Shown: piece by piece, positions 21,483 to 29,663 of the stretch
Position numbering within the stretch: position 1 is the stretch's first letter
How the letters are laid out: each line of letters begins with the position of its first letter
Assembly: GCA_047601445.1 (NCBI GenBank)
Contig: JASGJH010000001.1
Location: 5,952,001-6,016,000, forward strand
Origin: Myxococcales bacterium
GTDB lineage: Bacteria; Myxococcota_A; Polyangia; Polyangiales; DASUME01
Direction: 5' to 3'
Length of the DNA stretch: 64,000 nucleotides
Notes under the pieces: model-generated
The model's database searches: none
Seen by the model: only the letters and a program-made list of their open reading frames with translations
Told to the model about the DNA's origin: nothing
Program-made: the position numbers and the translations under genes

Positions 21483-22517
21483 ATGCACGCCGAAGTCGCG
21501 GTTTGCACGGGGTGCGGCACTCAGCTCGCGAGCGCGCTGAAGAGCTGCCCCGGTTGTGGTGTGCTGCTGCATCGCGCCGAGCTCGAGACGCTGCGCCAGC
21601 GTGCCGAGGCCCATCGCGCTGCGGGCTCGCTGTCCCTCGCGCTCGCCGACCTGCGCAAGATGCTCGAGCTCCTGCCCAAGGGCTCCAAGCAACACCAGGC
21701 CATCGAACAGCAAGTCGCCGCGCTCTCGAGCAGCGTCGATGGTGAGGCGCGCTCCGCCCCACTCGAGGGCCCCGCTGCAGCGCCGCGTTGGCTCGCGGGC
21801 CTCGGCGGCGTGGGTCTGTTGCTCTGGAAGTTCAAGTGGCTGCTCGTGGTCGTGCTGGGCAAGGCCAAGTTCCTGCTGTTGGGGCTCACCAAGGCCAAGA
21901 CCCTGCTCACCATGTTGCTGAGCCTGGGCGCCTACTGGGCCATCTGGGGTTGGCGCTTCGCGCTGGGCGTCGTGCTCTCCATGTATGCGCACGAGATGGG
22001 GCACGTGGCGGCGCTCTCGCGCTTCGGCATCCGCGCCTCGGCGCCCATGTTCGTGCCCGGCCTGGGGGCCCTCGTGCGGCTGGAGCAGCGTCTCACCTCT
22101 CCCATCGAAGAAGCCCGCGTGGGTTTGGCCGGGCCCGTCTATGGCAGCGCGGCCGCCGTGGCCTGCTTCGCGCTGTACCAGGCCTTCGATGCACCCTTGT
22201 TCGGCGCGCTCGCCGGCTTCGGTGCCTGGCTCAACCTGTTCAATCTGTTGCCCGTGTGGCAGCTCGACGGGAGCCGCGCCTTCGCGGCCCTCTCCTCGCG
22301 CCAACGCCTGGCCTGCGCGAGCGTAAGCTTGTTGTGCGCGCTCTGGAGCGGCGACGTGATCCTGTTCGCGATCGCGGGCCTCTCATTGTTGCGCTCCTTC
22401 AAGCCGAGCACGGAGAACACCACGGGCGATGCCGCCACCATGTTCGAGTTCGGCTTCCTGCTGGTGTTGCTGACGGCGCTCTTGGTGGCCACACGGAGTG
22501 TCCGCGAGCTGCACTGA
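21483..22517 (+). CDS. Site-2 protease (peptidase M50) with N-terminal zinc ribbon
   Basis: CTGC...CPGC, HEMGH, LAGP and NLFNLLPVWQLDG. Confidence 0.9.
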   Translation: MHAEVAVCTGCGTQLASALKSCPGCGVLLHRAELETLRQRAEAHRAAGSLSLALADLRKMLELLPKGSKQHQAIEQQVAALSSSVDGEARSAPLEGPAAAPRWLAGLGGVGLLLWKFKWLLVVVLGKAKFLLLGLTKAKTLLTMLLSLGAYWAIWGWRFALGVVLSMYAHEMGHVAALSRFGIRASAPMFVPGLGALVRLEQRLTSPIEEARVGLAGPVYGSAAAVACFALYQAFDAPLFGALAGFGAWLNLFNLLPVWQLDGSRAFAALSSRQRLACASVSLLCALWSGDVILFAIAGLSLLRSFKPSTENTTGDAATMFEFGFLLVLLTALLVATRSVRELH

Positions 22518-22518
22518 G

Positions 22519-23356
22519 TCAGGCGCGCCTGCGGACGAGAGCCCACGCCAGCGCAAGGAATGCCGTGGCGGTCCAAGCGAGTGGGCTTTCGCGTCTCCCG
22601 GGTACACCGACGGCGCAGCCCGATCCCGATTCGGCTCCCTGCGTGCTCGCGTCCGAGCCAGGGCTTCCCGTGGCTGCGTCGTGCGGTGTCGCACCAGCGT
22701 CGGCGTGCGTCTCGCCTGTCGCTGCGTCCTGCCGCGGGCCGCTAGCACCGGGCGTGCTCGCATCGTGCACCGGTCGACCGGCATCCACCGTCTCGCCCGC
22801 ATCTCGCTCCATGCCCGCATCGACCATCGAAGTCGGCGCCACGTAGGTCGAGCCAGCGCTCACGATGGCCACCTCCACGTGCAGCTTGGTGGGCACGTAC
22901 AGCGGGTCGCCCTGTGGCTTGTTGTTCTTGGTGTCCTTGAGGATCAGCGCGACCTTGTTGACGCCCTTGCTCCAATCGACGCTGCCTCCGTAATAGAACG
23001 AGCTGAACGGGGTGCTCCACTCGTAGGTGCCGGTGGTCGTGTAGGTGGGTGACTGATCGGTGCATGCGTAGCTGGGCGACGCTTCGAAGCAGAATCTGGA
23101 ACTTGGTCGGCGTCGGGCCAGGCTTGGTCAGCACCTGGAGCTTCACGTGCGCGGAACCCCCCGCGTAGTTCACGGGTGAGCTCCAGTTCTTTGGCGTGCC
23201 CGCCAGCGGCACCACGCGATAGTGGGAGTCCTCCGTGGTGTCGGCGGCGTGGGTGTAGGTGACGTCGGTCACCATGAACTGTTCGGCGCGCGCGGGCAGC
23301 GCCGCGCACGTCACGATGACAACGAGTCCCAGCGCCCGGAGAGAAGCCGCTTGCAT
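22519..23356 (-). CDS. Secreted protein with MYXO-CTERM sorting signal, frameshifted at about 23093
   Basis: Signal peptide; removing one base gives KFQICFEASPSYACTDQ running into the ORF that ends SGCAVG...LALAWALVRRRA. Confidence 0.8.
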
Positions 23357-23401
23357 GTCAGCGTGGTTATCACGGGTCTGGACGTGACCACCAGTCGAGT
23401 C

Positions 23402-23590
23402 TCACTCGCTGCCCGCGATGTCGTCCTCCCAGACGTTCGAAGCACCCTTGCGACCGCTCTCCCTGGTGTAGGGATGGTTCGACCTGCCCTGCTCGATTTT
23501 GCCGTAACGTTCGGAGAGGTCTGCTTGATCGGGGCGCTTGGGGCCAAACCAGCTCTCCATTTGCCACATAATTTGGCGTTGTAGCTGCAT
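23402..23590 (-). CDS. Possible 62-aa small protein
   Basis: AGGAG 7 nt before ATG; MQLQRQIMWQMESWFGPKRPDQ...WEDDIAGSE; no recognisable family. Confidence 0.4.
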   Translation of the reverse strand: MQLQRQIMWQMESWFGPKRPDQADLSERYGKIEQGRSNHPYTRESGRKGASNVWEDDIAGSE

Positions 23591-23740
23591 GTTCGATCTC
23601 CTGACTCCTACACTCGAAAAGGTAAACCGCCTCACGCGCGGCGCTATCGCCCCGCACGCCGAGTAAGCGCCGCCCTCCACACGCTCGAAAGAAACAGTGA
23701 TGAGCCGCGCCGCGCTCGCTTCACGACGTTCGGCACGCGT

Positions 23741-23756
23741 TTGCACGGACGTTGCA
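23741..23756 (+). promoter_or_regulatory. Variant sigma54-like motif upstream of ligD
   Basis: TTGCACGGACGTTGCA matches the sodC motif GCACGGCCGTTGCA at 13 of 14 positions, but has TG in place of GG. Confidence 0.3.
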
Positions 23757-23768
23757 TGGGTTCGCTGC

Positions 23769-25045
23769 ATGGACCGAGGCATGGTCGCGTCGGAGCGTGC
23801 TCCTGAACTCGCCACCTTGGTGGAAGCTCCGCCGAGCGGGCCAGGCTGGTTTCACGAGATCAAGCTCGACGGCTATCGTCTGCTCGCCGAGTGCTCGGGG
23901 CGTGGCTCTCGCGGAACACGCGTCACGCTGTACACACGCGGCGGCAAGGACTGGACGGCCCGTGCGCGACGCGTGGCCGAGGCGCTGGCCGCGCTTCGCG
24001 CCAAGAGCGCCATCCTGGACGGTGAAGTCGTGGTGCTGCGCAAGGACGGCGTGAGCGACTTTCAGGCTCTGCAGAACGTGCTGCAGGAGGGCAAGCAGGA
24101 TGCCCTGACTTACTTCGTGTTCGACCTGCTGTTTCTGGATGGAAAGGACCTGCGCGCCCGACCCTTGCGTGAGCGCAAGGAGATGCTCGCGGCGCTCCTG
24201 CGCGAGAGCGCGCTGGGGCCCCAGGTCCGCTACAGCGAGCACTTCGAGCGCGAGGGCTCGGAGGTGTTGGCCAAGGCTTGCAAGATGGGGCTCGAGGGCA
24301 TCGTGTCCAAGCGCGCTGATTCGCCCTATCTCGGCAAGCGCAGCAGGGATTGGCAGAAGGCCAAGTGCAGCGCGCGGCAGGAGCTGGTCATCGGTGGCTT
24401 TACGGCGCCCGCGGGGGCACGCAAGCATTTCGGTGCGCTGCTGATGGGCGTGCGCGAGAAGGGCGCGCTGCGCTACGTGGGCAAAGTGGGGACCGGCTTC
24501 AGTGAGCGCAGCTTGCGTGAACTAAGCGCGCGCTTGGGGGGCCTCGAGAATCTTCCGAGCCACCCTTCCGCGACCCACCTCGGGGCGCCGAAGCGCGCGG
24601 CGTGCGCTGGGTGGAGCCCGAGTTGGTGGCAGAGATCGAGTTCACCGAGTTCACCCACGATCACCGCATGCGTCACCCGAGCTTTCGTGGCCTGCGCGAG
24701 GACAAGCAAGCCCGCGAGGTGGTGGAAGAGAAGCCACTCCGTGAGCGGAGCGAACGTCGCGGTGGGGTGGGTCCCGGCGTGGCTTGGCCGCGCCGGGCGG
24801 GGAGGTCGCGTGACCTCTCGCGAGAGAGCGCAAGGGCACTCCGTGAGCGGAGCGAACGTCGCGGTGGGGTGGGTCCCGGCGTGGCTTGGCCGCGCCGGGC
24901 GGGGAGGTCGCGTGACCTCTCGCGAGAGAGCGCAAGGGCACTCCGTGAGCGGAGCGAACGTCGCGGTGGGGTGGGTCCCGGCGTGGCTTGGCCGCGCCGG
25001 GCGGGGAGGTCGCGTGACCTCCCCGTTAGAAAAGGAGGCCGCTGA
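23769..25045 (+). CDS. ligD: NHEJ ATP-dependent DNA ligase, LigD ligase+OB domains only, frameshifted at about 24546-24556, with repeat-derived C-terminal tail
   Basis: HEIKLDGYR, ILDGEVV, FDLLFLDG, LEGIVSKR and YVGKVGTGF; then in the shifted frame RWVEPELVAEIEF...MRHPSFRGLREDK. Confidence 0.88.
24735..25025 (+). repeat. Tandem array of family A element, 102-bp period, about 2.85 copies
   Basis: Units start at 24735, 24837 and 24939; units 1 and 2 are identical, and unit 3 is identical up to GACCTC. Confidence 0.95.
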
Positions 25046-25842
25046 TGGCGTTGCGCAGCATGTTCAAGGGCAGCCTGGTGGTCGGCAAGATCAAGCTCCC
25101 CGTGAAGCTCTATGCGGCCGTGGAAGAGCGGCGGATGCATTTTCGTTTCCTGTCGCCCAAGGATCACCAGCCCGTAACGCAGCAAATGGTGGATACGACG
25201 ACCGGCAAGGTGGTTTCCTCGAGGGACATTCGCAAAGGCTTCCACCTCGACGACGGCTCCTTCGTGCTCCTCGACCCGGGCGAGCTCAAGTCCCTTCAGC
25301 CCAAGGCCTCGCGCGATCTGCGCGTCACGGAGCGTCTGTCCCAGGACAGTGTGCCCGCGCAGTGGTTTCTGCGACCCTACTATCTGGGACCCGACGGCAG
25401 CACCGATGCCTACACGGCCCTGCACACCGCACTGCGCGAGAGCGGCGAATTGCTGCTGACTCACTGGGTCATGCGCGGCAACGAGTACGTCGGTGTGGTG
25501 CGGGCCGAGCCGGCGTGCCTATCGATCACCACGCTGCGTCACGCCGACGAAGTGGTCGACGCGAGCCAGCTGACGGGCCCGAGCGTCCAGGCCAGCGCGA
25601 AGGAGGTCAGCATGGCCAAGCAGCTGGTGGAGGCATTTACGGGTGAGTTCGATCCCGCGCTCTTCCAGGACGAATACACTAAGCGCCTCGAGGCCCTGGT
25701 GGCAGCCAAGCGCGCCGGCAAGAAGGTGCGACTGTCGCGGGCCAGCGCCAAGCCAGCCTCCGAGGGGTCCCTGGAGCGAGCACTGTCCCAAAGCTTGAAG
25801 CGGGCCAAGAAGCCCACCAGAAAGGAGCGCGCGGTTGCCTAA
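25045..25842 (+). CDS. ku: Ku protein, divergent paralog 1
   Basis: RSMFKGSL....LPVKLYAA, KGF, RPYYLGP, TLRHADEVV, FDPALFQDEY; AAGGAGG RBS. Confidence 0.9.
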   Translation: MALRSMFKGSLVVGKIKLPVKLYAAVEERRMHFRFLSPKDHQPVTQQMVDTTTGKVVSSRDIRKGFHLDDGSFVLLDPGELKSLQPKASRDLRVTERLSQDSVPAQWFLRPYYLGPDGSTDAYTALHTALRESGELLLTHWVMRGNEYVGVVRAEPACLSITTLRHADEVVDASQLTGPSVQASAKEVSMAKQLVEAFTGEFDPALFQDEYTKRLEALVAAKRAGKKVRLSRASAKPASEGSLERALSQSLKRAKKPTRKERAVA

Positions 25843-26710
25843 ACGAAAGCCAAAGCAAAAGCCCACGACGAAGTCCGAGCGAGCACCCAACGTACGTCCT
25901 CTGTGGTCAGGCACCCTGAGCTTTGGGCTGGTCACGGTGCCGGTGGACCTGTTCCCCGCCCTGCGCAGCGCGCGCACACCGCTCCGCATGATTTCGTCGG
26001 AGGGACACGCGCTCGCACGCCAATACGTGAGCCAACAGGGCGACGTGGTGGAGAGTTCCGAGATCGAGCGCGGCGTGGCCGGGGCGCGCGGGCGCTTCAT
26101 CGTGCTGAAGGAGACCGAACTCGAGGGCCTGGCACCCGAGAAGTCCCAGGACATCAATGTGGTGCGCTTCGTGGATCAGACGGCCATCTCGCCGATGTTC
26201 TTCGAGCATCCCTATCTGCTCGCCCCGCGCGGAGCCCAGCGTGCCTATCGCTTGTTGGCGAGCACCATGGAGGAACTGGGCAAGGTGGCACTGGCGTCGT
26301 TCGTGATGCGCGGAACGGAGTACGTGCTCGCGGTGCGTGCCGAGCAGGGGGTGCTGCGGGCGGACGTGATCCGCTTTGCGGACGAGCTACGCGAGGCGAG
26401 CCTCGTGCCCGGGGTGGGTAAGGCCAAGCCGAGCGCGGCCAAGCTGCGCAGCATGGAGCGCGCGCTGCACGGCGTGAAACGCAAGGTGTTCGCGCCGAAC
26501 GAGGCGCGCGACGTGTACTGGGAGGGCGTGGAGAAGCTCGCCAAGTCCAAGGCCAAGAAGAAGGTGGACGTGGTGACTCCAGAGAGTCCTGAGCCCTCCA
26601 CGAGTGGACGCGAGCCGCTCGCCGATGTGATCGACCTGATGGCGGTGCTCGAACGCAGCCTCAAACAAGGCAAGCGACAGCCGGCGCGCAAGGCCAAGCG
26701 CTCTGGGTGA
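25835..26710 (+). CDS. ku: Ku protein, paralog 2
   Basis: RPLWSGTLSFGLVTVPV, FFEHPYLLAP, AYRLL, RFADELR, VIDLMAVLERSL, basic tail; AAGGAG RBS with TTG start. Confidence 0.9.
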   Translation: MPKRKPKQKPTTKSERAPNVRPLWSGTLSFGLVTVPVDLFPALRSARTPLRMISSEGHALARQYVSQQGDVVESSEIERGVAGARGRFIVLKETELEGLAPEKSQDINVVRFVDQTAISPMFFEHPYLLAPRGAQRAYRLLASTMEELGKVALASFVMRGTEYVLAVRAEQGVLRADVIRFADELREASLVPGVGKAKPSAAKLRSMERALHGVKRKVFAPNEARDVYWEGVEKLAKSKAKKKVDVVTPESPEPSTSGREPLADVIDLMAVLERSLKQGKRQPARKAKRSG

Positions 26711-26735
26711 GCCGACGTCGAGCGCGTGCGCTCGC

Positions 26736-27029
26736 TCAGTGCGCAGAGCCCAGCCGAAAGGCGCGCTGAAGCTCGGCGATCTTGTTGGCCTTGAGCCCCT
26801 CGATCTGGGCCAGTTGATCCCAGCGCTCGAAGCCGCCGAGGCGCGTGCGCAGATCGACGATGGCCTTGGCGTAGGTGGGACCCACGAAGTCCGAATGAGA
26901 GATCTCCTCGACGCTCGCCGTGTTCAAGTTGGGGATGCTGGGGTCGGTGCGCGCGTCGAGAGGTCCGACGGGCAAGATCTCGCTGGGGCCGCGCTCGAGA
27001 CTCACTTTGCCTGCCTTGCTGGGGTGCAT
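26736..27029 (-). CDS. Small helix-hairpin-helix (ComEA/HHH_3-like) DNA-binding protein
   Basis: NLNTASVEEI...VGPTYAKAIV..R...GGF....L..IEGL; AAGGAAGG RBS. Confidence 0.8.
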   Translation of the reverse strand: MHPSKAGKVSLERGPSEILPVGPLDARTDPSIPNLNTASVEEISHSDFVGPTYAKAIVDLRTRLGGFERWDQLAQIEGLKANKIAELQRAFRLGSAH

Positions 27030-27107
27030 GCCGTCGCCTTCCTTGTGGGACTCGCGGAACTCGCGGTATTCGCCGGTTACGGAGAGGGTAGGGCCCAGCG
27101 CGGTGGT

Positions 27108-27123
27108 CGCTAGGTCGGTGCCG
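27108..27123 (-). promoter_or_regulatory. Sigma54-like motif upstream of the HhH gene
   Basis: Minus strand CGGCACCGACCTAGCG has GG-N10-GC spacing. Confidence 0.35.
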
Positions 27124-27136
27124 AAACAATCGTGGT

Positions 27137-27152
27137 GGGCACGGCCGTTGCA
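27137..27152 (+). promoter_or_regulatory. Sigma54 -24/-12 promoter of sodC
   Basis: GGGCACGGCCGTTGCA closely matches TGGCACG-N4-TTGCW, 28 nt before the ATG. Confidence 0.6.
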
Positions 27153-27180
27153 CCGCAGCTCCCGGATGGGAGGGCCTACT

Positions 27181-27816
27181 ATGAAGATCCATTCGAGGAC
27201 GTCGCTAGCGTGCGGAACGGCGCTGTTGCTCTGTCTGTCCGTCGCCGGCTGCGCGCGACACGCCAAACAAGAGCCCGCTTCCGCCGCGCAGACGCCGGCC
27301 GCCGGTGCGAGCGCTGCAACGAGCGATGAGACCGGCGCTGCGGGAGCCGCCAATCAAGGAGCCGACGCTCGCAAGCGAGCCGAAGCCAGCTTCGAGGACG
27401 CGCCCGGCGTGAAGCTCAGCGGGCAAGCCAAGCTCAAGGAGGTCCAGGGCGGCGTGCAGATCGAGGTCGAGGTGGAGAACGCGCCGAGCGGTGCCAAGGG
27501 TGTCCACATTCATCAGAAGGGCGACTGCAGCGATATCCCCGGCAAGAGCATGGGAGAGCACTACGCGGTGACCAGTCCGCACCACGGCTTGCCCACGGAG
27601 TCCGAGCATCACCTCGGCGACCTCGGCAACATCGACGTGGGACCCAACGGCGAGGGCAACCTGATCATCGTGGTCCCGGGTGCCAACCTCGAGCCCGGTC
27701 AGGATCGCTCCTTCGTGGGAAAGGCCATCGTGGTTCACGAGTCGGAGGACGTGGGCGTCGACCCCTCGGGCAACTCGGGCAAGCCCATCGCGTGCGCGGT
27801 GGTGCGCGCGGACTGA
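27181..27816 (+). CDS. sodC: Cu/Zn superoxide dismutase family lipoprotein
   Basis: VAGC lipobox; GVHIHQKGDC, GEHY, HHG, HLGDLGNI, AIVVH and GNSG..IAC. Confidence 0.88.
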   Translation: MKIHSRTSLACGTALLLCLSVAGCARHAKQEPASAAQTPAAGASAATSDETGAAGAANQGADARKRAEASFEDAPGVKLSGQAKLKEVQGGVQIEVEVENAPSGAKGVHIHQKGDCSDIPGKSMGEHYAVTSPHHGLPTESEHHLGDLGNIDVGPNGEGNLIIVVPGANLEPGQDRSFVGKAIVVHESEDVGVDPSGNSGKPIACAVVRAD

Positions 27817-27819
27817 AGC

Positions 27820-28473
27820 TCACTCGGCGCTGGGCGCGGCGGCTCCTTCGTGCTCCGGGTTGAGCGCGCTGCGCAGCTCCAGTTCCTCGCGGACGCGGCG
27901 CAGGAGGCTAGACGTGCTCATGCGCAGGCGCACCAGGGAGCGGTCATCGAGCTCGTCGACGTTGTCGCTCAGACGCTCCATTTCACGCAGCACCTTGGTG
28001 TCGAGGCGCCCGTGGAGCGCCGCCAGGGACCATTGCACCTCGCGGATGCGTCCCGCGAGCGCTCGGGCCTCCGCGCGTCTGCGCACCTCCATGAGTCCGA
28101 GCACCGCCACGCTGGCGGAGAGCGCGGCGGTTCTCAGCACGTGGCCCCACGCGTCGTTCTCGCCGTACAGCGAGCACGCGAGCCAGAGGCACGCTGTGAA
28201 GAACACGACGGCGGTGAAGCCATGACCGTGGCCTCGCTCGCGCACCCGCTGCGCCATCGAATGCGTGCTTCGACGCCAGTTCGTCCAGGCAAGGGCGCCC
28301 GCGCTGGACCTCCGCGCCCAGCTGCTCGCTGCGCGCGAACGGGCCAACGCCCAGGCGCGTGTGACGGAGCGGCGACCGAGCCGGACCACCCTGCGGCCGG
28401 ATCGGCTCAGCAGTTCGATACGAGGTCGAATCAGAGTCTCGATCCAGAGAAAGGATTCGGTGGTGGTAGCCAT
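27820..28473 (-). CDS. Hypothetical membrane protein with two TM segments and helical C-terminus
   Basis: ORF with two hydrophobic segments, preceded by a strong sigma54-like motif. Confidence 0.55.
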   Translation of the reverse strand: MATTTESFLWIETLIRPRIELLSRSGRRVVRLGRRSVTRAWALARSRAASSWARRSSAGALAWTNWRRSTHSMAQRVRERGHGHGFTAVVFFTACLWLACSLYGENDAWGHVLRTAALSASVAVLGLMEVRRRAEARALAGRIREVQWSLAALHGRLDTKVLREMERLSDNVDELDDRSLVRLRMSTSSLLRRVREELELRSALNPEHEGAAAPSAE

Positions 28474-28542
28474 GGTGCACCTGGGGGAACGGGGGCGTAC
28501 GAGACGTTGACGTTGATGTCAGCCAGTCAGCGAGACGCGCAC

Positions 28543-28558
28543 TGCAATCCAGATGCCA
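28543..28558 (-). promoter_or_regulatory. Sigma54 -24/-12 promoter
   Basis: Minus strand TGGCATCTGGATTGCA is near-consensus, about 70 nt upstream of the ATG at 28473. Confidence 0.6.
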
Positions 28559-28794
28559 CTGACGCTGCTTTCCGATGGAAGCGTGAACTTGTAGCGGCCG
28601 TGCGATGGCGCTGCACTTTAGGGGAGTGTTGGCCCTTGTCCGAGCGGCCGATGAACTAGCCGCGCATCGCAGGATGGCAGCGGCAGACCTGCGCGCGTGG
28701 GGCGAGATTGCAGCGTCGCGAGCGCGGCTCGGCCTGCGCCGCGTGGCGCCGCGTGTTTCGAAGGGATGAACAGGGCACGACTTCCCGCAAGCAC

Positions 28795-29015
28795 GTGAAT
28801 GCCGAGCTGCCGCCCGCTTCCAAGTCTGCCCGCGACGCCGCGCTCTATTACGTCAACGATGGCGAGCCAGGCATCAGCGGGGCACGCGCCGCGCTTGCGG
28901 TATCGCACCGAGCGCGGGCGGCAGGTGCGACGCCGCGACGTTGAAGCGGATCCGCTCTCTCACTGTGCGCCTGCCTGGCATGACGTCTGGACTTGCGCGA
29001 AGCCACGCTCGAGCG
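28795..29015 (+). pseudogene. Decayed N-terminal remnant of bacterial DNA topoisomerase IB
   Basis: Pieces in three frames: ARDAALYYVNDGEPGI, RYRTERGRQVR, DAATLKRIRSLTV, PAWHDVWTC. These match the TopIB N-terminus (L.YVSD..PGI...L.RIR.L.IPPAWTDVWIC). Confidence 0.75.
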
Positions 29016-29146
29016 CGCCGATGTGGCGGCATCACGTCACCACGCTTTTTCACAGGCGTGACTCGAGCACCACAGCGTGGCCGTGACTTGGTGGGCAAGC
29101 GCACCGCGGATAGTGCCAAAATCTCGGAAAAATTGCCCCTCGGTGC

Positions 29147-29162
29147 AGGCACGCTTTTCGCT
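29147..29162 (+). promoter_or_regulatory. Sigma54-like motif upstream of the 29208 gene
   Basis: AGGCACGCTTTTCGCT has GG-N10-GC spacing. Confidence 0.4.
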
Positions 29163-29207
29163 CTCGGCCCCATGCGCGGTCCCGAGCGAAGGCCGCTTGG
29201 GGGCGTC

Positions 29208-29609
29208 ATGCTGCGTCGAGTCACCCTGGTGCTCTTGTTGTCGAGTCTGCTCGCGAGCTCGAGTGGCTGTGCCCATCGCTCGGCCAAAGCGCGGGCCGCC
29301 ATGGCCATCGGTGGGCTCGCGCTCATCACGGGGCTGCTGCTGGCCGGCGGCTGCGACGACGACAATCAGCCGAATTCAGGCTGCGGCTCTTCCAGGGGAG
29401 GTCACCCGAAGATCGGCGCACCCCTGGCCGCTGCGGGCCTGGCCGCGATGGCCGCCGGCGATGTCGCGTTGCGGTCCGAGCATGGGCGCGGCCCGCGTCG
29501 AAGAAACCGCGGCCTGCCGCCTCTCCCCCCGCCGGTGCTACCCGATCCCTTCGTTCCCAGCCTGTACGAGCCGGTGGCGGGGTCCCCAATCATCACGCTG
29601 GTGCGCTGA
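29208..29609 (+). CDS. Hypothetical small lipoprotein/membrane protein
   Basis: MLRRVTLVLLLSSLLASSSGC lipobox-like leader, two further hydrophobic segments and a Pro-rich tail. Confidence 0.55.
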   Translation: MLRRVTLVLLLSSLLASSSGCAHRSAKARAAMAIGGLALITGLLLAGGCDDDNQPNSGCGSSRGGHPKIGAPLAAAGLAAMAAGDVALRSEHGRGPRRRNRGLPPLPPPVLPDPFVPSLYEPVAGSPIITLVR

Positions 29610-29663
29610 CCTTTCACGGGCGCGTGCCCGTGCGTAGCTTCTGCGCGCCTTCACGCCGCGAGC

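Noticed and set aside
24735..25025. CRISPR array
   Set aside because: The units are 102 bp and identical with no unique spacers, and no cas genes are present.
23697..25646. 649-aa LigD fusion ORF in the track
   Set aside because: After about 24550 it leaves the ligase frame and runs out of frame through the repeats and ku1; it is a frameshift product.
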